IMG/VR virus record: IMGVR_UViG_3300048591_000348
Location: 15,920 to 79,919 of that record
Source: a virus
DNA length: 64,000 nt
Strand: one strand, 5' to 3'
Positions 26,161 to 36,074 of this stretch are shown in pieces; position 1 is the stretch's first letter; every line of letters begins with the position of its first letter. Both the position numbers and the translations under genes were made by a program. The notes beneath the pieces are model-generated. The model was given only the letters and a program-made list of their open reading frames with translations. It did not search any database and was not told where the DNA came from.

Positions 26161-27327
26161 TCAGAACTTAATCCTTACGCCAGCCATTCCAACGGATGCG
26201 TCCAGGCCGCCGCCGATGTCGTATGACCGATACGAAACGAACGCATCGAGAGCCGCAGCGTCGATGCTCTGCACGATGCCGAGCCCCCAGAAGTCAGAGT
26301 CGACGTTCGCCGTCTTCAACTGATGGTCCGCGTACTCGGCATAGACCGCCGTGTTTCCCATGCCGAAGAAGTTGCGAGACAGGCCGCCACGGAGATGCCA
26401 CATCTGAATATCGCCCCAGAGAGGGTGATCATCCTGGTGGCCGCCGGCGACATTGAGGAACACGCCAGTTGCGACATGCAGCATCGAGATGGACCCGGTC
26501 AGAGTCTTCATGTCGCTCATGCCGAACCCGTCGAGATTCTCGACGCGGTAGCCAAGCCCAGCAGCGAGCCGCACGCCACCGAACTCGCCAGCGTAGCGCA
26601 ACGCAACGTCATAGAGATCGTCCCCTGACGCTGTCTGACCGCCGCCCCAAGACGCCGACCCCTTGAAGCCGGCAAGCTCTGGCGTGTCGTACCGAAGGAC
26701 TTCCGCTCGTCCGCCGTCGAAGCCAACGGGATTGACGATTCCGAGCCCAATTCCGGGGAGGCCGGAATAGGTCCACATCGGCTCGGCCGAGAGCGGCAGG
26801 GACGCGATGTTGGTGTTAGAGAGATCAATCTCAGCGATCCCGTCCGTCGCCGTCGATGTCCGGCCAATGCTGACGCGGCCGACGGAAGAATCCAACCACG
26901 CCACCGAGTGGCGTACGGTCATGTCGTTAACCATGCTGCCGGCGCCGAGCAGGCCGCCCGCAGTTTCGTCGATGCCCAGCTCGATCATGAACCCGGCCTT
27001 CATTGTCGGACTGATCGTCGCCTCCCCTGAGAAGCGAAGCTTGGTGCCGCTGTTGGGGTTGTCGATGATGCGCCCCTTGCCGTCACCGGGCAAACCGCTT
27101 AGATCGTTCCACAAAATTGCTTTGCTGACCTCGCCGGAGATCGTCAGCCTGACCTTGCGATTGCCCTTCCTGGCGACGGTCGCCTCGAGCTCTGCCACGC
27201 GCTCTTCGAGGTCCGCGCAGCAATCCCCCCCGAGGTCGGCGGCCTTCGCCGCGGGCATGTAGGCGTATCCGCCAATCGCGGCGGCGGCGGCGATACCACC
27301 GCCGATCAGCCAATTCTTCATAGCCAT
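26161..27327 (-). CDS. alphaproteobacterial outer-membrane porin
   Basis: Signal peptide; AADLGGDCCADLEERVAELEATVARKGNRKV leader; beta-strand pattern; VLRYDTP; C-terminal Phe. Confidence 0.88.
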   Translation of the reverse strand: MAMKNWLIGGGIAAAAAIGGYAYMPAAKAADLGGDCCADLEERVAELEATVARKGNRKVRLTISGEVSKAILWNDLSGLPGDGKGRIIDNPNSGTKLRFSGEATISPTMKAGFMIELGIDETAGGLLGAGSMVNDMTVRHSVAWLDSSVGRVSIGRTSTATDGIAEIDLSNTNIASLPLSAEPMWTYSGLPGIGLGIVNPVGFDGGRAEVLRYDTPELAGFKGSASWGGGQTASGDDLYDVALRYAGEFGGVRLAAGLGYRVENLDGFGMSDMKTLTGSISMLHVATGVFLNVAGGHQDDHPLWGDIQMWHLRGGLSRNFFGMGNTAVYAEYADHQLKTANVDSDFWGLGIVQSIDAAALDAFVSYRSYDIGGGLDASVGMAGVRIKF

Positions 27328-28058
27328 GTTGGTTTGGTCCCTGATGGGCAGCATTACGCTTGCACGCGAACGCACCACTGGCCGCTGTGGCCATTAATCG
27401 AAACGATTCGTAGCGCTAGATATGTATTGTTTCGATTTTGGGAACAAGAGAGGTAAGCTTAATTATGAGATCCCGCAAGGCCGCGTTGCCGTTCGGCACC
27501 AGCATTGCGGGCAGGCCAGAGCCCTGGTCGCGTCGCTAACGCGACGTCAGCCGCAGATCCTTGATGAACGTCCACCACGGATCTCTATTCGGCATCTTCG
27601 GTTGCGTGGCGACGGCGGTTGATTGCGGCGCGAGCTTCCGGCACGCGGCCCAAGCCGCCCGCAAATCACGAACGGAGACAGACCTGAGAACGATCCTGGG
27701 ATCAGAACCCTCGTCGATCAGTTGCGCGTTGCGCAGTGATTCATCGAGCACGTATCGCCAGAACTCTACCTCCGACAATCTCTCGATCGCGTCCGTGCTG
27801 TTCTGTTTCTTGATCCACTCGACGTGGGCCTTGATTGCGGCCTCGATCTGCTGCTGACGTGTCATGCGCTTGAAAGTGGCCTCGTCCTGGTTCGAGCGGA
27901 CACGGGATGCGGCGTTGAACGCAGGTGTGCCCCCATCGGAGCTTGCCCCCGGAGCATCCTCCGTCCGTGGGCGGGCGACCCGCCCTCCGGATTTGCTGAC
28001 AACAGGCACGGTCCTGGATGAAGGCTGACGTCGAATGGATCGCATGTTGCGCTCGGCC

Positions 28059-28550
28059 TCAAGGATTGATGATGATTTCGCCGGACGCGTTGATCGAGCC
28101 GTGGATTGATTTGGGCGCCGACTTCGATGCGCGAGCTGTAGATGGAGACGGAGATGGAGACGGAGATGGAGGCGGAGGCGGAGCGGGCACCCTGTCTCCC
28201 CCCACGCCAGCGAGGATTGCTGTGGCGACCTCTTCCATACGAGCCATGTACGTCCCGCGAACGCCGCCCTGCTGAATCAATTTCTCTGCGGCTCTGAGAC
28301 CCGACGTCACCGTCGAATGATCTCGTCCGCCCAGCGCGCGCCCGATCCGAACATGCCCCAGCCCCTCGCGCTTCGCGATCCTCATCACTACGAACCTGGC
28401 GGAAACGACGTCTTGCGACTTGCCTTCCCCGAGCAGGATTGATTTTTCGATATGGCTGGCCTTCGCCACGGCGCCGATGATCTGCTGCATGAGCAACGCG
28501 CGGATCTGTCCCGGCTTTGTGTGAGGCTGTGCAATGCGATCGTTTTCCAT
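28059..28550 (-). CDS. DnaA domain IV-like DNA-binding protein
   Basis: IGRALGGRDHSTV signature. Confidence 0.8.
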   Translation of the reverse strand: MENDRIAQPHTKPGQIRALLMQQIIGAVAKASHIEKSILLGEGKSQDVVSARFVVMRIAKREGLGHVRIGRALGGRDHSTVTSGLRAAEKLIQQGGVRGTYMARMEEVATAILAGVGGDRVPAPPPPPSPSPSPSPSTARASKSAPKSIHGSINASGEIIINP

Positions 28551-28553
28551 TTC

Positions 28554-29414
28554 CTAAGTCCCCGTTGCTTCGTGAATGGCATGAATGGCCACGGCGGATT
28601 TCCACGCATCGAACACGTCGCTATCCCCGTTTGCGACCCACACATCGACCTCTCGCTTTCGCGTGGATAGCGGAGCCCGGTTTTGCGTTGTTTGCAGATG
28701 GTATCCGTCACGAGACTCCCAGGGGCGGCCATTGACGATGTAGCTCTGTCGCCATTTCTCGTCCCGAACGACGAGGGACGCGCCGTATTTCATGCCAGGC
28801 AGAATGAACCCAATGCGGACATCACTGATCAGGAGTGCCCCACAACTTCTGTCCCGCGCGACATAGACGTGCTGCCCCCAAAGCGCGGTCTCATTGCCTA
28901 TGATCTCAGCGCCGGGGAACCTGCGCATCACCTCAGCACGAACAATGGCGATAGCCTTCGCCTTCATCCGCACCATGCGTTTGCGCTCAGCCGTCTCGCG
29001 ATCGTGGCATGCCTTGTTGCAGAAGATTGAACCGGGATTCGGCTCATACGGATCGCAGATCGGCAGCGTCAGATCAGGCCCATATTCCCGATCGAGCCCG
29101 TAATCTAGATAAGTATAGTGACCGGTATAAGGATCGCTCGTTCCAATAGCGCCATGGTCGATCTTGACGCCACAGCCATGACACTCGACCCACCAGCCTT
29201 CATCGATGAGTTCAAGTCCGGGAACCGGGCCTGGTGCATGCTTGTCCCATCGCGCCCTTCGCATCGCTCTGATGCCGGCGATGAACCGGTCTCCGTCACC
29301 GTGCTCATTGGCCCATAGGCGCTTCGCTTCGATCGACGATTTTGCGAAGATGATCTCGGAGTCTTCCGGATCGCCATTGCCGTCGACAAAGTAGCATCTC
29401 AACGAGGCTATCAT
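28554..29414 (-). CDS. hypothetical protein
   Basis: EIIFAKS..EA...GWWVECHGC motif; coupled ORF. Confidence 0.65.
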   Translation of the reverse strand: MIASLRCYFVDGNGDPEDSEIIFAKSSIEAKRLWANEHGDGDRFIAGIRAMRRARWDKHAPGPVPGLELIDEGWWVECHGCGVKIDHGAIGTSDPYTGHYTYLDYGLDREYGPDLTLPICDPYEPNPGSIFCNKACHDRETAERKRMVRMKAKAIAIVRAEVMRRFPGAEIIGNETALWGQHVYVARDRSCGALLISDVRIGFILPGMKYGASLVVRDEKWRQSYIVNGRPWESRDGYHLQTTQNRAPLSTRKREVDVWVANGDSDVFDAWKSAVAIHAIHEATGT

Positions 29415-30031
29415 TCCGTTCGCTCCAATTCCCTCTCAGAAGGCCGCTGAGCGCCTTCCTCATCTTTGGCTACATCGGGTCGTAATTTTTCATTCTGCCC
29501 GTCCTGCGCAAACCTCGGGCGATCTACGGGCATTCCAGGGCGGTCCATCGGGGCGCGGGAGATTTTTGCGCAATCCTCGCAGTACGAGAGGCCAATAACC
29601 CGCGCCTCGCCGCAAAACCGAAACGTCTCCGTCCCCGGCATCCCGACCGGCCATCGGCAGTGGCGGTCTTCCAGCTGATCGAACGTGACCAGCTTCGCCG
29701 GATCGAAGTCCCTCCCGGAGCGATCGACATACGGCTCGACCGGGATCGGAGCGGACCGCGGCGCCGCCCGGTACGACGGCGAAGACGGCGAAGACGGCGA
29801 CGGCGTGGCTGCCTGGCTGTAGCGCCTCGTCGGGATCGACGTCTTCGCCCGCCTTGGTACGCGCCCCTCGGAATTGATCCTCATCCGGTGCAGCCTGGAG
29901 ATCACCGCGTTTCGCGTCAGCGCGATCCCGAATTTCAAGTTCGCGATGTTCGCGACCTGGCTGGCCGACTTGCCGGACTTCCATTCCGAGATCAGAAGTT
30001 CGACCAGGCCGGGGGTTTCCCAAACGGACAT
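29411..30031 (-). CDS. gcrA: GcrA-like cell-cycle transcription factor
   Basis: W..GKSASQVA...TRNAVISRLHR and CRWPVG....FCG....SYC motifs. Confidence 0.9.
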   Translation of the reverse strand: MSVWETPGLVELLISEWKSGKSASQVANIANLKFGIALTRNAVISRLHRMRINSEGRVPRRAKTSIPTRRYSQAATPSPSSPSSPSYRAAPRSAPIPVEPYVDRSGRDFDPAKLVTFDQLEDRHCRWPVGMPGTETFRFCGEARVIGLSYCEDCAKISRAPMDRPGMPVDRPRFAQDGQNEKLRPDVAKDEEGAQRPSERELERTE

Positions 30032-30804
30032 CAGCCGACCTCCCGCTTGGCTTCGGCGGCAAGGCGGTCCCGATCGCTCTGCCGTCCCTTGATGCGCCGA
30101 TCGATCTCGTGGTCGACCCGCATCCCGGCGAGGAGATCTATTCGACCAGAAACATGATCCGCCAACACCTCGCGATGGACCGCGATCTTCTCGCCAATCT
30201 GAGCCATCGACCGGGCGAACGCCCAGCCTCCGCGCAGGCAGTGGGCATAGGCCCGATCAGCTTCCTGCGCCTGCACCCGGCAGTGATCGACCTCGGTCCG
30301 CGTGACCGTGGGCCACGCCAAGTCGCCGTCGATGGTCCGCTCGATCGTCTTGAGCGACGCCTTTGCCGTCTCGCTCGGCATCCGCCCGTGCTCGACGATC
30401 CAGCCGTAGAGGGCGGTAACCCAACCCTCGGCGGCCGCCCGCCTCCCCATCGGGCCGCGGATCAGTTCCAGCGCCAGCCGCTTCCGGTGCCACGATCCCG
30501 GCTGTGTCGAGTTATCGCCGTCGAGCGGAAGCTCGCGGCGCTTGTCCTCAGCCGCGATGTCGTCGCAGATTTTCCGAATTGTCCCCGGCAGGGGGAACCT
30601 GCGGTCCGTCCCAGTCCATGTGTTGAGGATCTTGTCCGCAGCCCGCTTGACGACGTCGTCGCCGAACGGCCGGATCGTCTGCCCGATGGACGCGACCCAG
30701 GCTTCCTCCTTCGCCGCCCGGTTAGGGTCGCCCAGCGCGATCGGAACGTTGAAATGCACCCGCAGGGTCGTAATGAAATTCGCGATTGCGTCGATTGTCG
30801 CCAT
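30031..30804 (-). CDS. putative replication accessory protein (helicase loader/inhibitor position)
   Basis: Directly follows the initiator; RFPLPGTIRKIC motif. Confidence 0.55.
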   Translation of the reverse strand: MATIDAIANFITTLRVHFNVPIALGDPNRAAKEEAWVASIGQTIRPFGDDVVKRAADKILNTWTGTDRRFPLPGTIRKICDDIAAEDKRRELPLDGDNSTQPGSWHRKRLALELIRGPMGRRAAAEGWVTALYGWIVEHGRMPSETAKASLKTIERTIDGDLAWPTVTRTEVDHCRVQAQEADRAYAHCLRGGWAFARSMAQIGEKIAVHREVLADHVSGRIDLLAGMRVDHEIDRRIKGRQSDRDRLAAEAKREVG

Positions 30805-30807
30805 GGC

Positions 30808-32046
30808 TCACGCCCCCCCGCTCAGCTTCGCGGCAAGGATCCGCTTGGTGCGTTCGATTTCTTCCTCCGGCTTGCCGTTGATGGCCGCCGCGCCCGCGCT
30901 GAGACGCGACGCGACCGACTGCCGATCCCGCGCTTCTCTGGCCGCCTGTGCCCGACGTTGGTTGACGTCGCCCATGATCGACCGGGCGAGAAAGTTGGCG
31001 ATCTTGGATGGCAGGACTTTTTCCGGGCGCTGCCCGTTCTCGATCTCAAGACCCCATTGCATTGCGTGCGCAACGCAGAAATCGCGAACCTCGGTCGCCG
31101 TGAGCCCAGAGTTGATCGTCTGCATTCGGATGCCCGAGACGTAGATCGCAAACGCCGCATGTCGGATCGTCTCGCCGTTGGCATAGACGCCGTGCCCGAT
31201 GTGGGCCTCCCCAGCGAGAGGGGGCGGGTAATTGGCAGGCGCTGGCCCGCCTTCGCTCGCGTCCGCGCTAGTATCAGTTCTCACAGTAGTTTCTTTACTA
31301 GTTACTGTGCCAACTGGGGATCTGACATCAGAAGTGACGTCACTTGGGGATGTGACGTCAGATGGAGATCTGACATCAGAACCCAAATTTGTGTCTTCAC
31401 TATCGTTCGGCCTACTAGATATAGTTTTGATGTCAGGCTGGCATCTGACGTCAGATCCCCATCTGACGTCAGATGGGTGCATGACGTCAGATGGGTGGGT
31501 GATGTCAGATAGGTGCATGACATCAGGATGGTGGATGATGTCAGATGGAGAGGTGACATTAAGCACGCGATTTCTGCGCGCCTGCGCAATGGGATGAGGT
31601 CTCAGCGGAGTAGTGCGCTGGGACATTATCCACTGCGTGACGATATCCTGTAGCTCGGCTTGTCTTTGCTTTCGCAGGGCGTAATGCGCGAGCGCCCTCC
31701 CTCCCCCTTCCGGGGCGCGCCTCGCTACGACGAGGTACCCCAACGCAACAAGTTCGGAGAGCGTGTTCCTGATGCCTTGGTCCGTGTACCCCTGGTCCGG
31801 GTAGCCGTCTATGTTGTAGCGCCGGAGGGCGGCGGCGATGGTTTTGTGCCCAGGATAAGCGGTGCCGGTTGACGAGTTTATGTGACCAATAACTTCGGCG
31901 AGAACACGCAAATGGCGCCGATCCAATCGCGGGTCACGCACCGCCTCCATGATTACCTCCTTCATTGTCAGGAGAAGGTTCTCTTTGCTCTCGTTCACAA
32001 AGTCGTCGAAGGTCGGCCCGCCATTGTGCCCAATCTGGTCGGTCAT
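30808..32046 (-). CDS. replication initiator with HTH and internal iterons
   Basis: N-terminal AYPGHKTIA...IRNTLSELVALGYL winged helix; central repeat block. Confidence 0.75.
   Translation of the reverse strand: MTDQIGHNGGPTFDDFVNESKENLLLTMKEVIMEAVRDPRLDRRHLRVLAEVIGHINSSTGTAYPGHKTIAAALRRYNIDGYPDQGYTDQGIRNTLSELVALGYLVVARRAPEGGGRALAHYALRKQRQAELQDIVTQWIMSQRTTPLRPHPIAQARRNRVLNVTSPSDIIHHPDVMHLSDITHPSDVMHPSDVRWGSDVRCQPDIKTISSRPNDSEDTNLGSDVRSPSDVTSPSDVTSDVRSPVGTVTSKETTVRTDTSADASEGGPAPANYPPPLAGEAHIGHGVYANGETIRHAAFAIYVSGIRMQTINSGLTATEVRDFCVAHAMQWGLEIENGQRPEKVLPSKIANFLARSIMGDVNQRRAQAAREARDRQSVASRLSAGAAAINGKPEEEIERTKRILAAKLSGGA
31321..31560. repeat. iteron-like repeats, putative origin
   Basis: About 12 TGAC(G/A)TCA / TGATGTCA-type cores, mostly with 18-bp period, in two blocks. 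Confidence 0.8.
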
Positions 32047-32202
32047 AGCTCGCCTCCAATATTCCCGAGGAAACCGGGTATTGCGGGCAAGGCGCGCTTG
32101 TTCTCGGGTGGAAAATCACATAGATACATATCTGTCTCCTGCTTCTTCATGGGTGGGGAAGCTGGTCCCGCTGGGCGGCGGGCTACTGATCTCTGCTTAG
32201 AA

Positions 32203-32235
32203 AGGCCCCGGCTCGTCTCGCCGGGGCTTTTTTTG
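32203..32235 (+). terminator. intrinsic terminator antisense to the replication operon
   Basis: GCCCCGGC/GCCGGGGC stem plus T7. Confidence 0.6.
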
Positions 32236-32418
32236 CCCAACGCAGCGGCTACTGAACGCTCCCGAGTTACGGAGCGCTGTCGATCGACGGTTTTCTCAAG
32301 TTTCCCATGGGAAACATCGTGTTACTTGATCGGAAACGATGCGGGCGCATCGCCTCGAAGACGCGCAGCAAGAACCGTTTCGCACCCCAACAGGCTCGAT
32401 CGTCGATGATGGGGCACG

Positions 32419-33141
32419 TTACGCAACCTTGCGGCTCGGCAGCTCTGGCCATGGGATATCGTTCGCCTCGGTTTCCGCGTCGAGAACCGTCCACCGCCAG
32501 GATCGCTTGCGAGACGCCCCCTTTTTTCCGCGGTATCGTCGATCGCTGCGCGTCTTGGTAATGTCGTTTGAAAGCCTCTCGAGGGCTGGCCGGAAGACGC
32601 TAGGAGAGATCGGCCCCAGCTCTTCCGCCTCGAAAAATTCGCTACACAACTCGCCGAACTCCTCGTGGGAATAGGTGCCGCACCGATCCGCCATCCTGAC
32701 CCACTCGACAAAGCGCTCCGCCACCGCATCGACGTCGATCTTCGACCTGACTCGCTCGCCGTTCGACCGGGTCGACGACGATGGTTTTGGCGACTGGCGT
32801 GGCGCAGGAACGGGCGCAACGGTTGTTTCGATTTCGGAGATCCGTTCATCTTCCAGCGCATCGGACTGCGACCAGCCGTTCAACTCGATCATGGACAGGC
32901 GTATCTCTGCCAGCCAGTCCGGATCGCTGATCGGCTCACTGATCCATGCCTCGAACGCTTCCATGCTCTTGTTTTCCGGGCGCAAGCCCGGGTTCTTGAG
33001 GCAGGCCCGTTGATATGACGTGCCGGCGCCAGACCGAAGCTGCGCGCAAGATGCTGCGGCGTTTTCAGTCGGCGCCGGCGCGCGCCCCCCCATAGAGCGC
33101 AGCCCAACGCGGCGGCCGAATAGCCGGTCCGCTAGGCCCAT
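32419..33141 (-). CDS. hypothetical protein
   Basis: AAGGGA SD, 240 aa; divergent from the regulator at 33400. Confidence 0.55.
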   Translation of the reverse strand: MGLADRLFGRRVGLRSMGGRAPAPTENAAASCAQLRSGAGTSYQRACLKNPGLRPENKSMEAFEAWISEPISDPDWLAEIRLSMIELNGWSQSDALEDERISEIETTVAPVPAPRQSPKPSSSTRSNGERVRSKIDVDAVAERFVEWVRMADRCGTYSHEEFGELCSEFFEAEELGPISPSVFRPALERLSNDITKTRSDRRYRGKKGASRKRSWRWTVLDAETEANDIPWPELPSRKVA

Positions 33142-33259
33142 ATCCACGGTCCCTTTTGATTTTCCTGACGCGCCTGGAAATGGGGGCGCATGCAACTGCG
33201 CGCGCCCCAAGTCCAGGGAGGAAGCTCCGACTCCCGGCATTCGGAAGTCTCATCATCTT

Positions 33260-33350
33260 GTTGCCAAAATCGAAACGTGATGTCAATGCAGATAGGCAGC
33301 GTTGTGTATTTGGCAAGCCTACGTGGCGCTCAAGGTACGAAAATCGAAAC
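33260..33350. promoter_or_regulatory. operator cluster GTTGC-N7-GAAAC
   Basis: Sites at 33260-76, 33301-17 (degenerate) and 33334-50 (variant) between divergent genes. Confidence 0.6.
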
Positions 33351-33399
33351 ATGCGCACCGCGCGCGTTGGTGCTAGACCGAGACAGTAAGCAGTAAAGC

Positions 33400-33969
33400 G
33401 TGGAGACGAGAACGATGGACAAGCCGGATAGAGACGTGATCGCCCTGTGGATGGAGGATGCTCTGCGGAGAAAGCCGCATCTGTCGCAATCGGGGCTGGC
33501 AGACCGGCTTGGGAGTCATCGATCCAAAGTCACCAAGATGCTGAACGGCAGCCGGAAAGTGAGCGGTCTAGAGCTTCCGATCATCGAGACTTACCTCGAG
33601 GAGGTCAGCCCTTTATCCGGGATAGATGTCGTGGGGATCATATCATCCGCGTGGTATGAGACCGGCACCGAACCGAGGGTCGCGGAGCGCATCCCGAGGT
33701 CGCATTACGCCAAGCCATTGCATCAATGCGCGTTTCTGGTGCAGTCGGACATGCCCATGATTAGGGCCGGCGATGGCGATATCGCGATCGGCGTCGCCGT
33801 GAATGCCGACAATCAGCCGATCCGGGGCGATCTGGTTGTTTGTCGGCAAAGCAGGGGCGGGCTGCACAACCTGTCCGTTGGGCGATACGTGAGCCAGAAA
33901 GAGATAGAAGGCATTCGTGGGGCGGCCGACATCGTGGCCGTCCTCGTCGAGATCAGACGACGGCCTTGA
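33400..33969 (+). CDS. XRE-family repressor with degenerate S24-like C-terminus
   Basis: LSQSGLADRLGSHRSKVTKMLNGSR. Confidence 0.75.
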   Translation: METRTMDKPDRDVIALWMEDALRRKPHLSQSGLADRLGSHRSKVTKMLNGSRKVSGLELPIIETYLEEVSPLSGIDVVGIISSAWYETGTEPRVAERIPRSHYAKPLHQCAFLVQSDMPMIRAGDGDIAIGVAVNADNQPIRGDLVVCRQSRGGLHNLSVGRYVSQKEIEGIRGAADIVAVLVEIRRRP

Positions 33970-34201
33970 CCGACCCAGAGCGGGGCGGTCGGCCCGGCCG
34001 CATCCGCGGCGACGGCCGATCGAGCACGTCCGTGGGCGTGACCCTTCCCCCGCTCAGCTCGTAGATTTTCGCGATCCTCTCCGGATTCGGAGGCATGGAG
34101 CCGTTGATCCAGCGGCGCACCGTGCTTTCGGTGACGCGCATCTGTTCCGCCAGCCAGGCCGGCGATGCTCCTATAGAGTCTAGCCATTCTCGAATGCGCA
34201 T
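33953..34201 (-). CDS. Cro-like protein
   Basis: LAEQMRVTESTVRRW...SGGRVTPTD; divergent from the CI-like gene. Confidence 0.8.
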   Translation of the reverse strand: MRIREWLDSIGASPAWLAEQMRVTESTVRRWINGSMPPNPERIAKIYELSGGRVTPTDVLDRPSPRMRPGRPPRSGSVKAVV

Positions 34202-34363
34202 GGCCCAAAATATACGTGCGACGCACACGCCAGTCAACAGAATTAACGTGACGCGCAGCTATACATTGATTGAACGATATACGTTCAAGATCCGCCTTCC
34301 TACTATCGCACTCCCGCGCTAGATGCGCGGTGTGTAGCAACTGGTGGAATTTCGGGCTGCATC

Positions 34364-34936
34364 ATGAATCGAATATTGGAGCTTCGGCGGGCGGCCGGAT
34401 TGAGCAGAAAGCAGCTCGGCGACGCGGTTGGCGTCGAGCAAAACACCATTCGTCGGTACGAGACAGGAGAGATCAGCATATCTCTTGATATGCTCCAAGC
34501 GATTGCGACCGCACTGCGGTGCGACGTTGCGGATCTTATAGCGAGCGACGGCGGCCTTGAAGACGACGTTGCACTGGAGATCCCGGCGTTTGGCATGCTG
34601 GCGATCACATCGGCGATAGGCAGGCGGGGGCTGAAGATTTATCGGGTACTTACCGATGTCCTTGCAGACGCTGACATAAGGCGGAGTCATCGGCTGCTCG
34701 TCGACGAGAGTAACGAAGCGTGCTCGGCCCGCAAGGCCGGTGACGCGCTGGTTTTGCGCATATCGACGGGGCCACTCCTGTTGCGGCAATACCTACCGCC
34801 TCACCTTCTCGTCACGAACAGGTTTGGCGTCGACAACTCCACCCTCAAGCTGAACGATCGGACGCTGCGCGTCGACGTCGTTGGCATTGTTATTGAGCCC
34901 ATAATCGACGGCGGCATCTCCGATACCGCCCACTGA
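34364..34936 (+). CDS. CI-like repressor
   Basis: LRRAAGLSRKQLGDAVGVEQNTIRRYETG. Confidence 0.8.
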   Translation: MNRILELRRAAGLSRKQLGDAVGVEQNTIRRYETGEISISLDMLQAIATALRCDVADLIASDGGLEDDVALEIPAFGMLAITSAIGRRGLKIYRVLTDVLADADIRRSHRLLVDESNEACSARKAGDALVLRISTGPLLLRQYLPPHLLVTNRFGVDNSTLKLNDRTLRVDVVGIVIEPIIDGGISDTAH

Positions 34937-35569
34937 CGGGGGTGTTGGGGCGCGGGGTGGTGATAGCGACAGACGTCCGATAACCCCAAAGAACCCGCTT
35001 TCAACTCCCGACCACCGCCCGTCCTCGACGATGTCGCGCACGACCCACGGTAAGATCGGTCCAGACCCCACATTGCGCCATCTGGCGACGTACTGCCTGC
35101 CGATTTCCGCCCCTGTAGCCGTGTCTCGCGTCCAATCCCCTGTTGGCTGTGGCGCGACCCAGAATCGTTTGTGTTGATCGTTTGCGGCTCGCTTGATGTT
35201 CGGCGCCGCTGCGGGTGAGCGATGAGCGCGCACCATCTGGCCGCCTCTAGAGTTTAGGCTGGCCAGAATGACCGAGCCCGCAACGATGGTTAGATAGCGA
35301 ACCAGATCCTCGATCGGCGGGGGCGCAATCCCCCATCGGGGCGGTGCGAGCACGATTGCGTGCGCCACTACAGATAGAGCGGCGCACGCCAACCCGGACA
35401 AGATCCCGAACCGAACCGAGCAAATCGCGACAACGAGCATGTACGCGGTCGCGATCCACTCGTTCAAAGCGCCACCACCAACAAACAGCGCGCCCGCAGC
35501 CGTCACGAGGAGGGTGAGGCTGGCCGGCAAGAGAACATCTTGTTTTACATCGACAGGAATCGGAAACAT
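34793..35569 (-). CDS. DUF4118-like (KdpD-type) membrane domain protein
   Basis: Four hydrophobic helices (YMLVVAICSVRFGILSGL...PPRW) plus a soluble C-terminal domain. Confidence 0.6.
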   Translation of the reverse strand: MFPIPVDVKQDVLLPASLTLLVTAAGALFVGGGALNEWIATAYMLVVAICSVRFGILSGLACAALSVVAHAIVLAPPRWGIAPPPIEDLVRYLTIVAGSVILASLNSRGGQMVRAHRSPAAAPNIKRAANDQHKRFWVAPQPTGDWTRDTATGAEIGRQYVARWRNVGSGPILPWVVRDIVEDGRWSGVESGFFGVIGRLSLSPPRAPTPPSVGGIGDAAVDYGLNNNANDVDAQRPIVQLEGGVVDAKPVRDEKVRR

Positions 35570-35684
35570 CCCCCCCCACGCACAAATCCGAACGCCAAAC
35601 ATCCGCCAAGCTTACGCTACGCGGTCGCATCGCGACTATTGCCCGTGGCAATGTGGCGCACTTAAGGCCGCAACACGTTCATTA

Positions 35685-35715
35685 TTGACAAATGAACGCG
35701 TCACGTTCATTGATG
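35685..35715 (+). promoter_or_regulatory. promoter with operator TGAACG-N5-CGTTCA
   Basis: TTGACA at 35685-90; palindrome at 35693-709; same palindrome at 34271-87. Confidence 0.7.
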
Positions 35716-35746
35716 GTCCATCGGACGCGACTCGGGGAGGGGAATA

Positions 35747-36040
35747 ATGCAATTTGACTTCCGATACCGATCGGCTGCGGGGGATCGTGCGTTCATAGAC
35801 GCCGCAGCCAGTGCTGAGGTGTCTCTCGCGTTCCATGACGAGACGGGGGCAATCGATTTCGACATCGGTCGCATCGCGCTCAATGGCATCGAGATCGACG
35901 AGTGGTCGGGGCTCTATCACGACATCCACGACTACGTCTGCTCGGCATGTTCCGCTGAAATACTCGCTGCCTTGGATCCTATCGCCAAAAGAGCGGTGAA
36001 TGTCCATCGGGCGATCGGGCGCAGCAGACCGTCTGTCTAA
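35747..36040 (+). CDS. hypothetical protein
   Basis: GGAGG SD. Confidence 0.6.
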   Translation: MQFDFRYRSAAGDRAFIDAAASAEVSLAFHDETGAIDFDIGRIALNGIEIDEWSGLYHDIHDYVCSACSAEILAALDPIAKRAVNVHRAIGRSRPSV

Positions 36041-36074
36041 TCAGAAAGCTGATATCTAGATCGGGATAATAGTC

